A stretch of DNA of 64,000 nt from an uncultured Clostridia bacterium (GTDB lineage: Bacteria; Bacillota; Clostridia; Christensenellales; UBA1242): assembly GCA_944383355.1 (NCBI GenBank), contig CALWPF010000006.1:429-64428 (forward strand). Direction: 5' to 3'. The first letter of the stretch is position 1. Each line of letters starts with the position of its first letter. The notes under the pieces are model-generated. The model saw nothing but the letters and a program-made list of their open reading frames with translations, ran no database searches and was not told the origin of the DNA. This document shows positions 47,816 through 61,500 of this stretch, in pieces. The translations under genes and the position numbers were made by a program.

Positions 47816-49096
47816 CTATTTCCCCTCCTTTTTGCCACATAAAATATCAACTATTTCGGCATCTTGATAATATCTAGCGCCTGAATAAGTGCGCAACTTG
47901 TTGCTATTGGTAATTATAGGTTTTTTACCAGCTATGGGATTGTTTGTGTACATTAGTGGGCAGATACTACTAATCTTTGCTCCAGTGTCTATTAATTGTT
48001 GATATTCATGTTTTTTCTGGAACGCCTGCAGCACTGCAGGTGATGTGGTAAAAATTGTGCGAATAGCCAATTTTTTCTTGTTATTTTCTTGTAAAGCAAC
48101 GGTTAGTCGGTGTGTCCAGTCTACTAATTGTTCTAAAGATAGGTGTGGACAACCAATAAAGCAAAGAGTTGGTTTGGCGTTTTGATTTTTCCATAAAACT
48201 GGGTAATTGTTGTATACATTTTGTAGATATTCATCAGTAATATCTAAATGTTTTGGGCTAGTTTTTATGATAGCTGTGCCTTTTTGTATTGCCTCTGGGG
48301 TTAGATTTTGCACATGGAATAGACCTACCGCGCCGTTGCTGGCAGATGCTGCTCCCATATCTTTAAGATAGGCGCAAGTTTTTGCATCTAGCTCTTTGCC
48401 GAGGAATTTATCCAAGCCTTTGATAAATGGCACGCCATCTCCGACTGCCATACCTATAGCGCTACCTAATACTTGTGCCTCAGGTAGAGTAGTGGTTTTG
48501 ATATTTACTACCCAATTTGCCTCTCTGTTTTCGTCTAGCAATAGCCCAAACTCTGGTACTTTACCTATTATATTACCAAATAAGTCTATCATACCACTAT
48601 TGCGGTTACATCGAGCACCTAGTACGGAGTTTGCATATACTACGGCGCTACTTTCTGCCCAAGACAATATATCGCCCATCTTTGGAGTATTGCCCACCTC
48701 AGGTAGATAACATGTACAAGTAAAATCACTGGGCTTGCGTAGTCCTACTTTTTGCAATTGCTCCTCATATCTTTTTTGTTGTCCATACATTATTTTGCTA
48801 AAGACTAATTTATTCAAAACATTGCATTTTACATTTTTGTAATCAATTGGTCTAGGGTCAGCTGTAAATTGCCATTTGGATTTGATACCTGCATCAATAA
48901 TTTCGTCCATGATTCTAAATAATGGTTTAATCAAACTGATACCAAATGATGTTACTAGGTGTCCCTCATGTGTTACGGGTACTAGCCGTTTCGCCCCCGC
49001 CATATCTCCAAACATTACTAGAGTTTTCATGATTTTTGCCATGGTTTCGCCTTGGCTACCATTGAGTATTTCTTTTTCCTCCGTTGTGAGTTTCAT
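47816..49096 (-). CDS. Aconitase X large (catalytic, DUF521) subunit
   Basis: LTTEEKEILNG..GE..AKIMK..V..GD..GA..LVPVT..H is a typical DUF521 N-terminus. 426 aa. Confidence 0.75.
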   Translation of the reverse strand: MKLTTEEKEILNGSQGETMAKIMKTLVMFGDMAGAKRLVPVTHEGHLVTSFGISLIKPLFRIMDEIIDAGIKSKWQFTADPRPIDYKNVKCNVLNKLVFSKIMYGQQKRYEEQLQKVGLRKPSDFTCTCYLPEVGNTPKMGDILSWAESSAVVYANSVLGARCNRNSGMIDLFGNIIGKVPEFGLLLDENREANWVVNIKTTTLPEAQVLGSAIGMAVGDGVPFIKGLDKFLGKELDAKTCAYLKDMGAASASNGAVGLFHVQNLTPEAIQKGTAIIKTSPKHLDITDEYLQNVYNNYPVLWKNQNAKPTLCFIGCPHLSLEQLVDWTHRLTVALQENNKKKLAIRTIFTTSPAVLQAFQKKHEYQQLIDTGAKISSICPLMYTNNPIAGKKPIITNSNKLRTYSGARYYQDAEIVDILCGKKEGK

Positions 49097-49476
49097 ACCT
49101 TTCTCCTTTTTGAGTTGATGTGGGGATTATACACATAAATTGCTGACAAAATACGGCTGTGATTAATAAATGCAAAAAATATAAAAAACTTGTCGCATAA
49201 GAGCTAATATTCCCCCATTTTTCGACAATAAAATTATAACTAAAAAATAATTAAAATACAATCAATTTGATGTTTATTTTGACACTTTTTTCAAAATTAT
49301 TTATTGTGTAGAATGGATATTATTTTTTGTGCTTTTAATAGTTATTTTTTGTTATATTTATTTGACTTTTTGTAGATATATTTACTACAATAAATATTGT
49401 AGTATTATGGCGTTTTTTGTAAATAAAAAATAGCAATGAACGCAAACTATTTTTAGTAAGGTTGTAGGAGTAAGAT

Positions 49477-49542
49477 ATGAGGAAAAGTTGGGGGATAATA
49501 TCGTTAGTATTTTGTGCTTGTTTATTGTGTTTTGCTGGCTGT
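49477..49542 (+). other. Lipoprotein signal peptide with a lipobox-like FAGC (Cys22)
   Basis: MRKSWGIISLVFCACLLCFAG|C: a basic N-terminus, a hydrophobic core, then A-G-C. Confidence 0.65.
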
Positions 49543-52500
49543 GGTAATATTTATGCTAATATGAAAATTACTACCAATTGTGATGACAATTTGATGGAGA
49601 TAGTAATCAATACTGATGACCCAGAGAGTTACAGCACATCTTTTGAGGCCACATTGACAGGTTATTCTGCTGGCATGAATACTGGCGTTGATGTGATTTT
49701 TAGCCCTACTGGAGTTGCTACTTACTCGGTTTTGAGCGAGGCCGATGGTGTGAGTAGAATACAGGTGACAGCTATAGCAGACAATCTCAGTACTGCTGGG
49801 GCTACTACCACCATGACCGTGGTTTCAAGAGAAAATAGTAGTATTCGTTCTGACCCTATTACTCTCAATGTTGTTTTGCCAGTAACGGGCATTACTGCTA
49901 GCAGTGCTACACCTAGCCTGATGGTAGGTAGTAGTATGACACTGCAGACAGATAATCTTATCAACTTTATTCCTTCTGCGACAACCCAACGAGATGTTTC
50001 GTATCAAATAGCTCCTGGTTATGAATTGGCTGGAGTATCTGTTGACGGCAATGTTATAACTGCAAATGATACAGCTAGTACAGGTATAGTCAAGATCATT
50101 GCTACGTCGAGTACAATTATGCCTGAGATGACGCAAGAGCAGATAGACGCACTCACCTGTGAGATTAATTTGATGGTATATAACCCTATTACAGGTGATG
50201 ATATTTCACTTGTAGATGTAAATGGCAATGATATAGATGCCTTTACTATGGCTACTGCATCTGATGAGATTAATAGTAGTACATTTAGGATAGAGGTAGA
50301 TACAGGTAATCTTGAGTACAGGGTAAATGCCTCAATTCAAAATGCTAGGATTGCATACGCAGAGCCTAGCGATGATGACCCTAGTAGGTATACCTTAAAT
50401 GCTTTTGAGATAGGTGAGACAAATCTCGATGTGTCCGTCATATTGTATGACCCCGAGACTGGGAGAGATTATTTGAATATTCACCGTTATGTATTTGTCG
50501 AGGTTATACAGATTGCCTACTCAGTGCAATTTACTACTGCTAGTATTACTACGCCAACAGACCAGAGTATAGAGATAAATGTTTTAGAGCAGTCTGCTAC
50601 TACTAGAGGTACTGAGGTGCATGTCAATATTGAGCCAGAGGGGGCTCAAAATAGGCAATATTCTATATCAGTACATGAGATTGATGGTGAAACTGAGAAC
50701 TTGCAGAGTAGATTGCCTAGTATACTCGTATACCATTATGTCAATGGTGTGCGAGAATTGGTTACATTGGAGGAGCAGGCTGGAGATATTAGCGAGGCAC
50801 TGCTCAATAACGATACATCATTCTATGTTTGCTTTACAGGTGATGGTGTAAAAGAGTATTTTACACTGGCTGTCAGTGCCAATTCAACAGACCCTAATAT
50901 TCCAAGTGTTGTAAATTATGTAAAATGTAATATTAGGGCAGGGGTAACCTCTATCTCGGCTGCCGTTAATGGTAACAATGTAGAGGGCGCTATATATATG
51001 GGTTTATTAGATGGACAAAATGAATTGCCATTGACTATAAACTATTCCACAACTGGTGGAGTGTCCGTCGGAACACAGATTTTTAATATCGTATTTGATG
51101 ATGACGGCGATGGTGAATTTGATGATAATGGTTTGGTAACTGCTGAGCGTACTAGTGAATTTAATATATTCACATTGCGAGCGCAAAAAGAGGGTACTAC
51201 TACTATGCGTATTACCTCAAACGAAAATGAAAATGGTATTTATAGAGATTATCTCATTCACATTTTGGTAGAACCTACTGAGTTAAATTTTGATGTCGAT
51301 ACCACAGTAGCAATTAGCCAAGGAGGCAAAATCGCTTCTGCTGAATACAACAGGATAGAGAGTGATGTGGAGGCTGATGACTTTGGACTCAGGAATATGT
51401 ATCTAACACTCAATACCGAGTTGGCACTAGGGCTATTTGCGACCCCTGCCAATAGTACCATTACTGATTTGGTCATTACATCTAGTGATTCACATACGGT
51501 TAGTGTAGATGGCAACAAGATAAGAGCTGTTGGCGTTAATATTACGACACCTACCTATATTACAGCCACATATACATATTGGCAATATCACGAGATTTAT
51601 GGTTGGCAGATGATGGACGGTGTACGAGAGTTTACTGTTTATGTATTTGTACCTATCAAAAACTTTACATGGGCAGGTAGTGGTGAGATAGATACCAACT
51701 TGTTCTTGTATGATTCTACTGCTCTGTCATATGACAGGAGCAGTGCGGGTACCGCTACTGTCACAGCGACAGTGCAGTCTACTGGTACAAACTATGCTAC
51801 ATATCAGACTATACATTGGCAAAATACAGATGGCACCACTTTTTATGATACTGATTATCTGACTATTACTCCTAGATCAGATGGTAGGAGTTTTGATGTA
51901 ACTGCTCGATTAAAAGATGGCGAGACTAGCGCCTCTACTACATTTTATCTAGTGTTGATGGAACCAGGGGCAGTATATACACTGAGTTGTACAGTGCACA
52001 TTACCAAGCCTCAATTGGTTACTAGTATCACCTCGGATACTGGCACGGACGGCATATACCTAGAATATGGTGGACTTAGCCAGCGTGATAACGCTAGTTT
52101 TGCGGTGGAGACCAATCCGTTAAATGCCTATGACTCAAGAGTTGCATACTTTATAGCAAATGCTGAGAATGTTAATGGAGTAATACAAAAGACTGGTAAT
52201 TGGTACTCAGAGAGGGCTACAGCACTTGGGTTAAACATTTCCTTGGCTAATAATGTGGTTAGGGCTCTAGGTAGTGGCTATGCTATCATTAGGGTAGTTC
52301 CATATGATAATATTCATGTCAATTTAGATGCATTTAACCCAGATGAATTAGGCGAGGGCAATACATATTTGGATATAATAGTCACCATAGCTAATGGTGA
52401 TGACAACAATCCATTCCAATTGTACAATGCAGATGATTTGTTGGCACTCAGCCGTACTGCCAATACTATCAGTTTGTCAAAGACTTATGTATTGATGCAG

Positions 52501-55500
52501 ACTATAGATATGACTGGTCGCACTTGGACTCCTATTGGTAGCGGTACCGCTGATGGATTTACTGGTAAATTTGTCAGCAATGGTTACTTTAATAACACAG
52601 ATATTATGTACTCAATTATAGGTTTATCATTGAGTGCTAGTAGTAATGATGATGGTTATTACTCTGGATTATTTGCAAAACTTACTGGTGCAACAGTAGG
52701 CGGTATACAAATACGTGCTAGCCAGGCTAACTTTGACATGACAGGCGCTAGCAGTGGTGTGGCTGGGTATTTTGGCTTGTTAGCGGGTGAGATTGTAAAT
52801 TCTAGTGTCAAAGATGTGAGTGTATCAATGCAAAACAACGTTAGTTTGTTGCAAGTGAGTGCCGGCACTGGTAATAATACTGTTTACTTTGGTGGTTTGG
52901 CTGGATACATAACAGGTGGTGCTAGTGATAGTTTGCAGGATATTAGCGTAGACCTAAATGTCAATGTCGACTCTAGTGACCAAAGTATACTGTATGTTGG
53001 TGGATTGGTTGGTTATCTTGGGCAAACATTGAGTACAACAAAGTCAAGTAGCGTCAATTTGACATTAGCATCAAATGGCACATTTAATAACGCAAATTTG
53101 ACCAATTCAAATATTGGAGGTGTTGCTGGTTACCTTGCTAGTGGCAACCAATTGATAGGTTATTATTCTAGCGGAACTATCACTACACTTGCTCTAGATA
53201 ATGTAGGTGGCTTGGTAGGGTACAATGCTGGTATAATTAATTCTAGCGAAACTTCTATGAGGTTGTATGCGCGCAACAATGTTGGAGGAATTGTTGGATA
53301 CAATATAGGTAATCTAGTAGAATGTGTAGTTGAGAGTTATGATAGTGAGACCTTGCCTGCCGAAAATATTTACGCTGTGCGTGGAGTTAGCAATGTAGGT
53401 GGATTGATAGGATTTAGTGCGGGTGGTAATGTGAGGTATTCTTACTTGTTGAGTTATATCCGTACTACCAACAGGACGATGGCTAATCCTCGATTGCCGA
53501 CTATTGTTGATCAGACAGGTAGCTTTTATGGAGATATCATAGGTAATAGTAATGTAGGTGGATTGATAGGTTACAATAGGAATACCACTGTGACAAATAG
53601 CTTTAACAAAGCTCAGATTAGTATATATAGCGAGACAGGCTCTGGCTTTGGCGGTGGACTATTTGGATATATGGAGGCTATTGAGAGCTTTGAGGTTAGC
53701 AATAGTTTTGCAAATAGTGTAATATTGGCGGGTGCATACAACGAGAGCGCAAACAAAGTTGGCGAAATTGCTGGTAATGTTGTAGCAAACAATACTATTA
53801 ATATGTACAATGTTTACGCTAGAGTGCAGATTGACAGATTTGATGAGAATTTTGAGTACAAATATCTATTACAACAGGCATATGGTAATACTAGTGGATC
53901 CTTGAGCACAAATAATGTTTATTATTATGGTACGACTGGTACAGGCGCTGTTGATTCGTTGGATAAATTCCATAATGATAGTAGCACTGGTGGAGCATTG
54001 ACCAATTTGCCTGCTGGCTCAATCTCAGGGGGCTCATATGGTGATAATGTTTATTGGATAAATATTGCTGACACCATAGGCTACAATGATGATGCACTTA
54101 TTTTGGTAAATAGTGACAAAAATGGTATGCTGTACAAGCAAACCATTCAAGAGATACAGATAGACCAAATAAAGACAGAGGACGCAAGCGCTCAAGATAG
54201 CGTATTGCCTACCTACTTTAGTTTTAGCAATGGATTAGTTATAAATCTTGACAATTTGTGGGATAGTGCTACTCAGTCGTATCGTTCGCTCGCTATAAAT
54301 GATTTACTGAGTCTGGTAGTTGCGCCAATTATTGTCAACGAAGACGGTGTAGAGGACCCTAGTCTATGGCAACTAAATGTCTTGTCTAGTGATGCATCAA
54401 TAATGACAGTTTACAAGCCAAATCGTAGTCTGGAGGGGGCTACACTGACGTTTGCATCTACTGGAGTAGTGGTATTGACCATACAGTCAATGCAAGATTT
54501 GAATGCTCGTGCGAGCGTAGAGATAAATGTTATTGCTGGACTAAACTCATTTGATTTGCAAAATAATGCTGGACAGAGTGTTGCAAATACTATTGTGAAC
54601 GTTAAAAAGACTAATTCTGTTAATTTAACACCAGTAGTTGGGCAAAGTACCAATTTGATTAATGATGTTGCTGTAATGTATAGCATTGATAAAGATTTTG
54701 AACAGTTCTTTAACCTCAATGGTTATGCATGGAGTGATGCTGGAGCAATTAATTTACCAGTTAGGAATACTACACACTCTATTCGTGGAGTAGAGTCTAC
54801 CCTAGAGGATACAATTACTGTGACTGCCACACCTTATGTGACCGTGATATTTGGGGGTTTGCAAACTAGGTTATATCTCAATGGTGAGGGTATTGGCGCT
54901 ACAGGTAGAGTAGCAAAAGATTTGAGGCAAAATTTTGAGGTCAGAGTATACAATGGTCTAACGGCAGCTAATCTGGATACATCTTCTGTAGAATTGTATT
55001 CTAGTGATAGTTATACTCTGGACTTGGATTTTATCAGTGATTTGCCTGAATCTGTTGTCTGTGAGCTTGTAGGTGATGACTACGAAACAATGTTGGCAAA
55101 CGGCTACATATCTACATACAAAGATAGTGACAATAATAGATTCCAGTTTTACTTTGAAATACCAGAGGACGGTGGGTCTATTAGTAATATAGCAGATTCC
55201 AATAGGTATCTAGAGTCAGATTTGGTGTACAATTTTACCATAAATCTAATAGATTCAGAGATTAATGAGACATACCGCTCGTATGATGTGTGCGTTACAT
55301 TTAAACCAACACCAGTTTCTCATATTACTACAAGATTTTATCAAAATGGTGAGAGTGGTATAGAGGCTGATGATGTGCCAAATAATGAGATTACACCAGG
55401 TCGTCGAGCAATAATGATAGTCAATGTTAGTGATTATTTTGCTTATTACGATTATATAGAGGTTAGCAGTACTAGAGACCCTGTTACTGGTGATACAGTG

Positions 55501-58500
55501 AGTCTTACCCAAGTGGTTGACACTGGTAGGAGCGACGGTAACGAGTCTAGGTTCCAGACCATATACGGTGGGTCTCAACAGATAGATGGCAAGTTGATGG
55601 CTATGCCAGTAACGCAACAAACTTTTGACGACCAGGGCAATTTAGTAAGTAGTGTATATCAAGATGGTATTATATATATCTCTGCGATTATTGGTAGTGA
55701 TGTGCCAGAGGGGACAGTATTTACATTGACTCTGCGTGCTATCAAAGAGGGGGCTACCAGTGAGCCTTGTACTGCATTAGTTACATTGACATCTTGTTTT
55801 GCTCCTCGTGTGACCTTGTCTGCAGTTAATAACAATTACGACCAGATTTTGGTAGCAAAGGGTACTGTACTAGAGCTCAATATGTCTGGTATAGTACAAA
55901 ATACAGAGGTAAATATTACAGCTGACTACTATGGTACTGCTGATGACTATGGCAATATTAACGATGAGCAGACTATTTGTAGATTTATAGATAATGGACA
56001 GGGTTATACTAATGTATTTACATATATGACAGGAGAGCGAGAGACAGTACAGACCAATGTTCGTTTTTATGTTGGTATGGCAGCTGCCCCTACTCGAGGA
56101 GTTATTACTCTTACTGTTAGGTTGACGACAATACTTGAGGACAATGTTCGCTCTGAGAGCGTATTCGCTGAATACCGGATATATGTTGTAGACTATTTGG
56201 TAGACAATATCTATATGGAAGGCATTGGTGACAATAATACATTTGTAATCAATCCTACTAGTTATACTATATTCCGTATGGCTTGGGATTTGCGTGAGCA
56301 AGATAGTGATGTATTTGAGACCTATATCAATACTGAGAACAATGTACAATACACAAATAACTTTTCATCATGTAGGCAGACTATCATTGCCAAGGCTGAC
56401 CAAGATTTGCTTTTATTAAATTCAAAGGGTGCTACAGGAATAGGTGACAGTATATGGAGCGTGTATACCAATGGAGCTTATGCATCTATAGGGGCAGGAT
56501 ATTCAGGTAATGGATTTACTCTAGAGCCACAAGAGATAGATGGCAGGACATATTTTTGTGCCAAAGGTATTAGGATAACAACTGGTATCTCTATGAGGGC
56601 GGACTTGTTTACTAAATATGTGTGGGATTCTAATAATACTGTAGGTTGTTGGCAAATGAGCACCAATGAGCAAGATGCTAGAGAGACTTTGGTAATGGCT
56701 GAGCGTGTATATAACTTTACTATGAATGTAGAGAATAGTTCTACTGATGATTCGCCTTATAGTGTGGCTACAGCACAAGATTTGAGAGATATGCAGGCGG
56801 GAGCGGCGTACATGCTGACTGCTGATATAGACTTGTACAACTGGGCGCCTCTAGATACAGCTATACAATCTCTTGACGGTAACGGATACACAATTACTAT
56901 TCATTCCTTTGCAGTGAGTGCTATGTCTGGCTCCACTACTACCAATATCGGTTTGTTTGGTACCTTGCCTCAAGGGACAGTGTTAAAGAATTTAATTATA
57001 GATGCCTCGTATCTAGCGTTTGTTGATGCTCGTAACTTTGCCACTGTAAACTTTGGAATAATCGCAGGTACCAACAACGGTGTTGTCTACAATAGTGATG
57101 TAATTGTTACTGCAAACGAGGCAACATGGTATGCAATGAATGCTGATGCTATCAATACAAATTTATCTTTTGTACCACAATTTGGGCGAGATGTATTCAA
57201 TAGCTGGTTGGGTACTAATGAGGGCGGTATGCAAACAGGAAAAGCTACCACTATAGTATTGACTAGCAGTACTGTGTCAAATAATAGTGTTACCTCATAC
57301 ATAGGTGGTCTAGTAGGATACAATAGCACTACTGGTAGTGTGACAAATTCTAGAGTTGGTAGTCTTGAGAGAGTTGGTTACCTAAATTATAATGCTCAAG
57401 GTGTCCAGGTTACTGGTGAGCAGGGTAGTCAAGGATTGAATATTATGGCAAGTGGCAATGTGGCAGGTTTGGCTGGTTACAATGCTGGTGTGGTATCTGC
57501 TAGTTACTATGCTAATGGTTACATTGTGAATTCACAAAATAACGCACAGAATACTCGTACTGCAGGATTGGTTGCAGAGCAGGTAAGTACAGGTAGGATT
57601 AATACATCTTATGTTGCAGGTGTCAAGACTGCTCAGACCAAAGACGTTTTGCGCTTTACTGATGGTGGTATTATGTCATACGGTACAGTAGGTGGCTTAG
57701 TACACACCAATGCAGGTTTTGTAGAAAATTGTTACACAAATATTCCATTGCTGAGTTCCAATGGAATTGGAGGCTTTGTATACCAAAACAGTGGTGAGAT
57801 TTACAAATCTGTCTCTTTGTCGACAATTCGTGAAAATAGGCGTACTAGTGGTAATTTTGTAGGAATTGATGCAAACATTGATGTACAAAATACTGGTACA
57901 ATATCTCAATGTTACTACTTGTATCAAGATAATGTCATTATGAATTCTGATGAGCCGGCTACTGCGTTGACAGCAGAGGAATTTACTGATGTAGATGGTA
58001 AATATTTGCAAGGTTTTGCATTTGGTATAGATACATATGGTCAAGACGCTGTGGCTAATGTGACTTGGGAATTGACAAGTTATACCGATGGTAACAATAG
58101 TTATGTTATACCAAACCTAGTAGAGGCTGATAATATTACTACCTCATATAGAGGTGAGTTGGCAGGAGCCAGTGCAGATGCATTTACTCGTCCAGCATCT
58201 TGTCAATTGGGTAGTGAGGTAAATCCTATAATTATTAGTAGTGTTGCTGATTTTAATAGGATATTCAATCAAAATGTTGGCTCGGGCAGTAATTATGACA
58301 ACAAATACTATAGAATTGTTAGTGATATAGACTTTGATGGCGGTAGTCCAGCATACTCAATGAGAAGAGAATTCAAGGGGTATATCCAAGGTAATGGTAT
58401 GCGTATTAGTGGCTTGAATGTAGTTTACCAAACATCAACTGGTGATATGGGTAACATTGGATTGTTTGCAATGATTACTGGAGGAGTTGTTGCAAATTTG

Positions 58501-61500
58501 GAGTTGCAACTTGACAATGAGATTAGTGCGGGGCTAACCAACAGGGTAGGTGCATTGGCTGGTACTATTGGTGATGATACCGTGGATAGCAATGGTGAGT
58601 ACGACCTGACTGTGGTGGAAAATATCCGTGTCAGCGGTATGCCAAACACGACTGGGGCCATGGTACAGGGCTTGAATATGGTAGGTGGATTGGCTGGTTT
58701 TGTATGTGGTAGGACTATAATTCAAAATATTGAGTCTACTATATCTGTATATGCTACTTACCAGACCCCTAGCAACGCAAAAATTTCGTATTATGAGGGT
58801 CAAAGTTCCTCTGGTCTGGTTAGCGAAATGTCTTATGCAGGTGGAATAATCGGTGTAGTATCATTGATTGATGGTATCACTGATGTAAATTATGATGAGA
58901 ATCCTACTATAAAGGGACTCACGGTGAGTCAAGGCGTAGATATTTTGGCTGAGACTAGTGGTGGTGTGATAGGTTCATTATCAACTGGAGCTATTACACG
59001 AAGCGTATTTGAGGTAGATGCTGCATACACTCCTCGTATTCGTGCATCAAACTTTGCTGGTGGATTGGTTGGCGAAAATAGAGGCACTATACTGGAGAGT
59101 TGGGTATCTCAAGAGATGAATGCGCAAATAGCTAGTGACCGTAGCATTACTAGTGCTAGCAATGCTCAAGACTATTTAGGCTATACTGGTCTATTCCAAA
59201 ATGATGAGGAAGTTATTGCAATAGGTGGTCTAGTGGGACTAAATAGAGGCGGTACTATTAGGAATAGTTACTCAAGAGAGGCTGTACTATCAGACAATGC
59301 GTTGATTGCAGGTGGTTTAATCGGTGTTGCTGTACCATATTTTGATAGCAGTAGTGCTGATTATGCTTACTTGACAGATTTGGTAATAGATAGGGAGCAG
59401 ATATTTGACTGGCAATTTAATACTCAAGTGACGTACAATAGTGATACAGAGGTTGTTAATGCATACAACTCATACGCTGGTACAATTGCTCAGGCTTATA
59501 CTACCAGTCCTGTATTTGCCACGACTGCGACTGGTGGTGCAATAGGCTTGCTCGCTGGCTCGTTTATCAGTAGTGGAGCAGATTTATCACCAGATATAAT
59601 GGCTATTAATAATTATCCAGAGACTGATCGTTATAGCACAACCACAAACATTACAGATGATAGCAGTTATGTGGGTGGATTGGTAGGTTATATCAATATG
59701 AATCTACAGATGGCAGAGGGAGTATCTGGTGTGCCTACTATAGCAGTATTTGTGAGTGGTGCATCGACTGAGGTAATATATTCCGATGCTAGTATTTATA
59801 TAGCAAATGGTATAGTGGATAATGATATTGGACATATTCAACAGAGTTATGGCGGATATTCTTCATTATCCCAGATCAATACTGTCCTGTCTCTCAACTA
59901 CATAAATGTTGCAACAGATTCATCTATAAATTGTTTTGACGGTCTGATGCAAGTAGGCGATGTGTGGGCTGTAGATATTGAGCGAACAAATACTATATTC
60001 CCAGTACTAGCCTACGGCGAGGAGAGGACTGAGATAGAGATTAGTACTGCTGATGAGTTGTTTGAGGCATTGTTGGGCGGTGCTAGTGCGTCATACTACA
60101 AGGTAGTAAGAGATATTGTAATTGATGATGTCACATGGTATAGATATGTAGGTACAAAAGGCACTTTGGCTGGTAGTACTGATACCTATATCAATGGGCA
60201 GTTGTACGGTGCTGTGCCTGATGGAGAGGACACTCGCTCTGCGACAATAACATTGCAAATTTCGCAAACCAATGGTAACTTGGATAGATTCAACTCATTA
60301 TTTGGCTATACTAGAAACTTTACAGTAATGGATATGGATTTTGTCTTTAAATTTGTAGATGGTAATACTTACAACAATTATACAGCTACAGACAAGGCGA
60401 ACTTTGCATTATTAGTTGCTAGTGGTACCAATACAACATTTAGGAATATTAGTATCACTAGTCGAGACCAAGATGATAATGTAGCACCTCTCAATATTAC
60501 ATTAAATAATGTTACTAATTATGGTACTTTTGTTGCAGTAGGCGAGAGTTGCTCATTTAACAAAGTTACTACCAATGTAGCATTGACGGTAAATAATACG
60601 ACAGTATCAGATGAGGCAAGCATAGGTGGCTTGTTTGGAAGTGTAGCGAATAGTGTGAGAGTCGCTGGTGCAGTCGAGGTAGAGGTAGACTTTGATACCA
60701 ACTCAAGCGCTGGCGTGATAAATGTTGGTGCAATAGGTGGATACGCTAGAGATGCTTTCTCAGTTGAGTTGATTAGTACTGGTCTAGATAATGGTAACAT
60801 TTGGGGTGATATTGCAGTAACTGCTGGTAATACCGCATATGTAGGAGGTATGATTGGTAAAAATGGAGGTAATGGATATAGCAAGATATCTGCTGTGGTA
60901 TCCAATGCCAACATAGATGTTACACTCAACTCAGGTGTTAGCGAGGCATACGCTGGTGGACTAATGGGATACATGCTAGACACTAATGCTAGCGATAGTG
61001 CTAACTATGGTAGCATATCTCTATCAAAGAATGCAGACAGTGGAGTATTTTATGTCGGTGGTATTTCTGGTAGGATAGAGAATACTGGTACTCTACTAAC
61101 TCTAGTAAATCTCATCAATGGTAGATTGGTGAGCGGTATGACAAACTATGGAGATATAACTGTAGATATCGGTACCGGAGTTGTCTATGCAGGTGGTATA
61201 TTTGGCCAAGCAAAATATATAATGAATACAACACCATCAGGTACTACTAGGAATGTATTTACTGGACTTGCATCGATGGGTGATATTAATGTTGACAGCC
61301 AAGGTACTGTTTATGCAGGTGGTTTATTTGGTTATCTAGCACAGGCGTTTGGCAGTACTGAAGTTTGTAATAATACCTGCCTACGAGTAGCATCTAGCGT
61401 TAGTCTGTCTAATATAGCTGTACAAAATGCTACTACAATGTATGTAGGTGGTTTGGCTGGTTACAATGGAATGGCTATCTATAGCAGTTTAGCCAATGCA

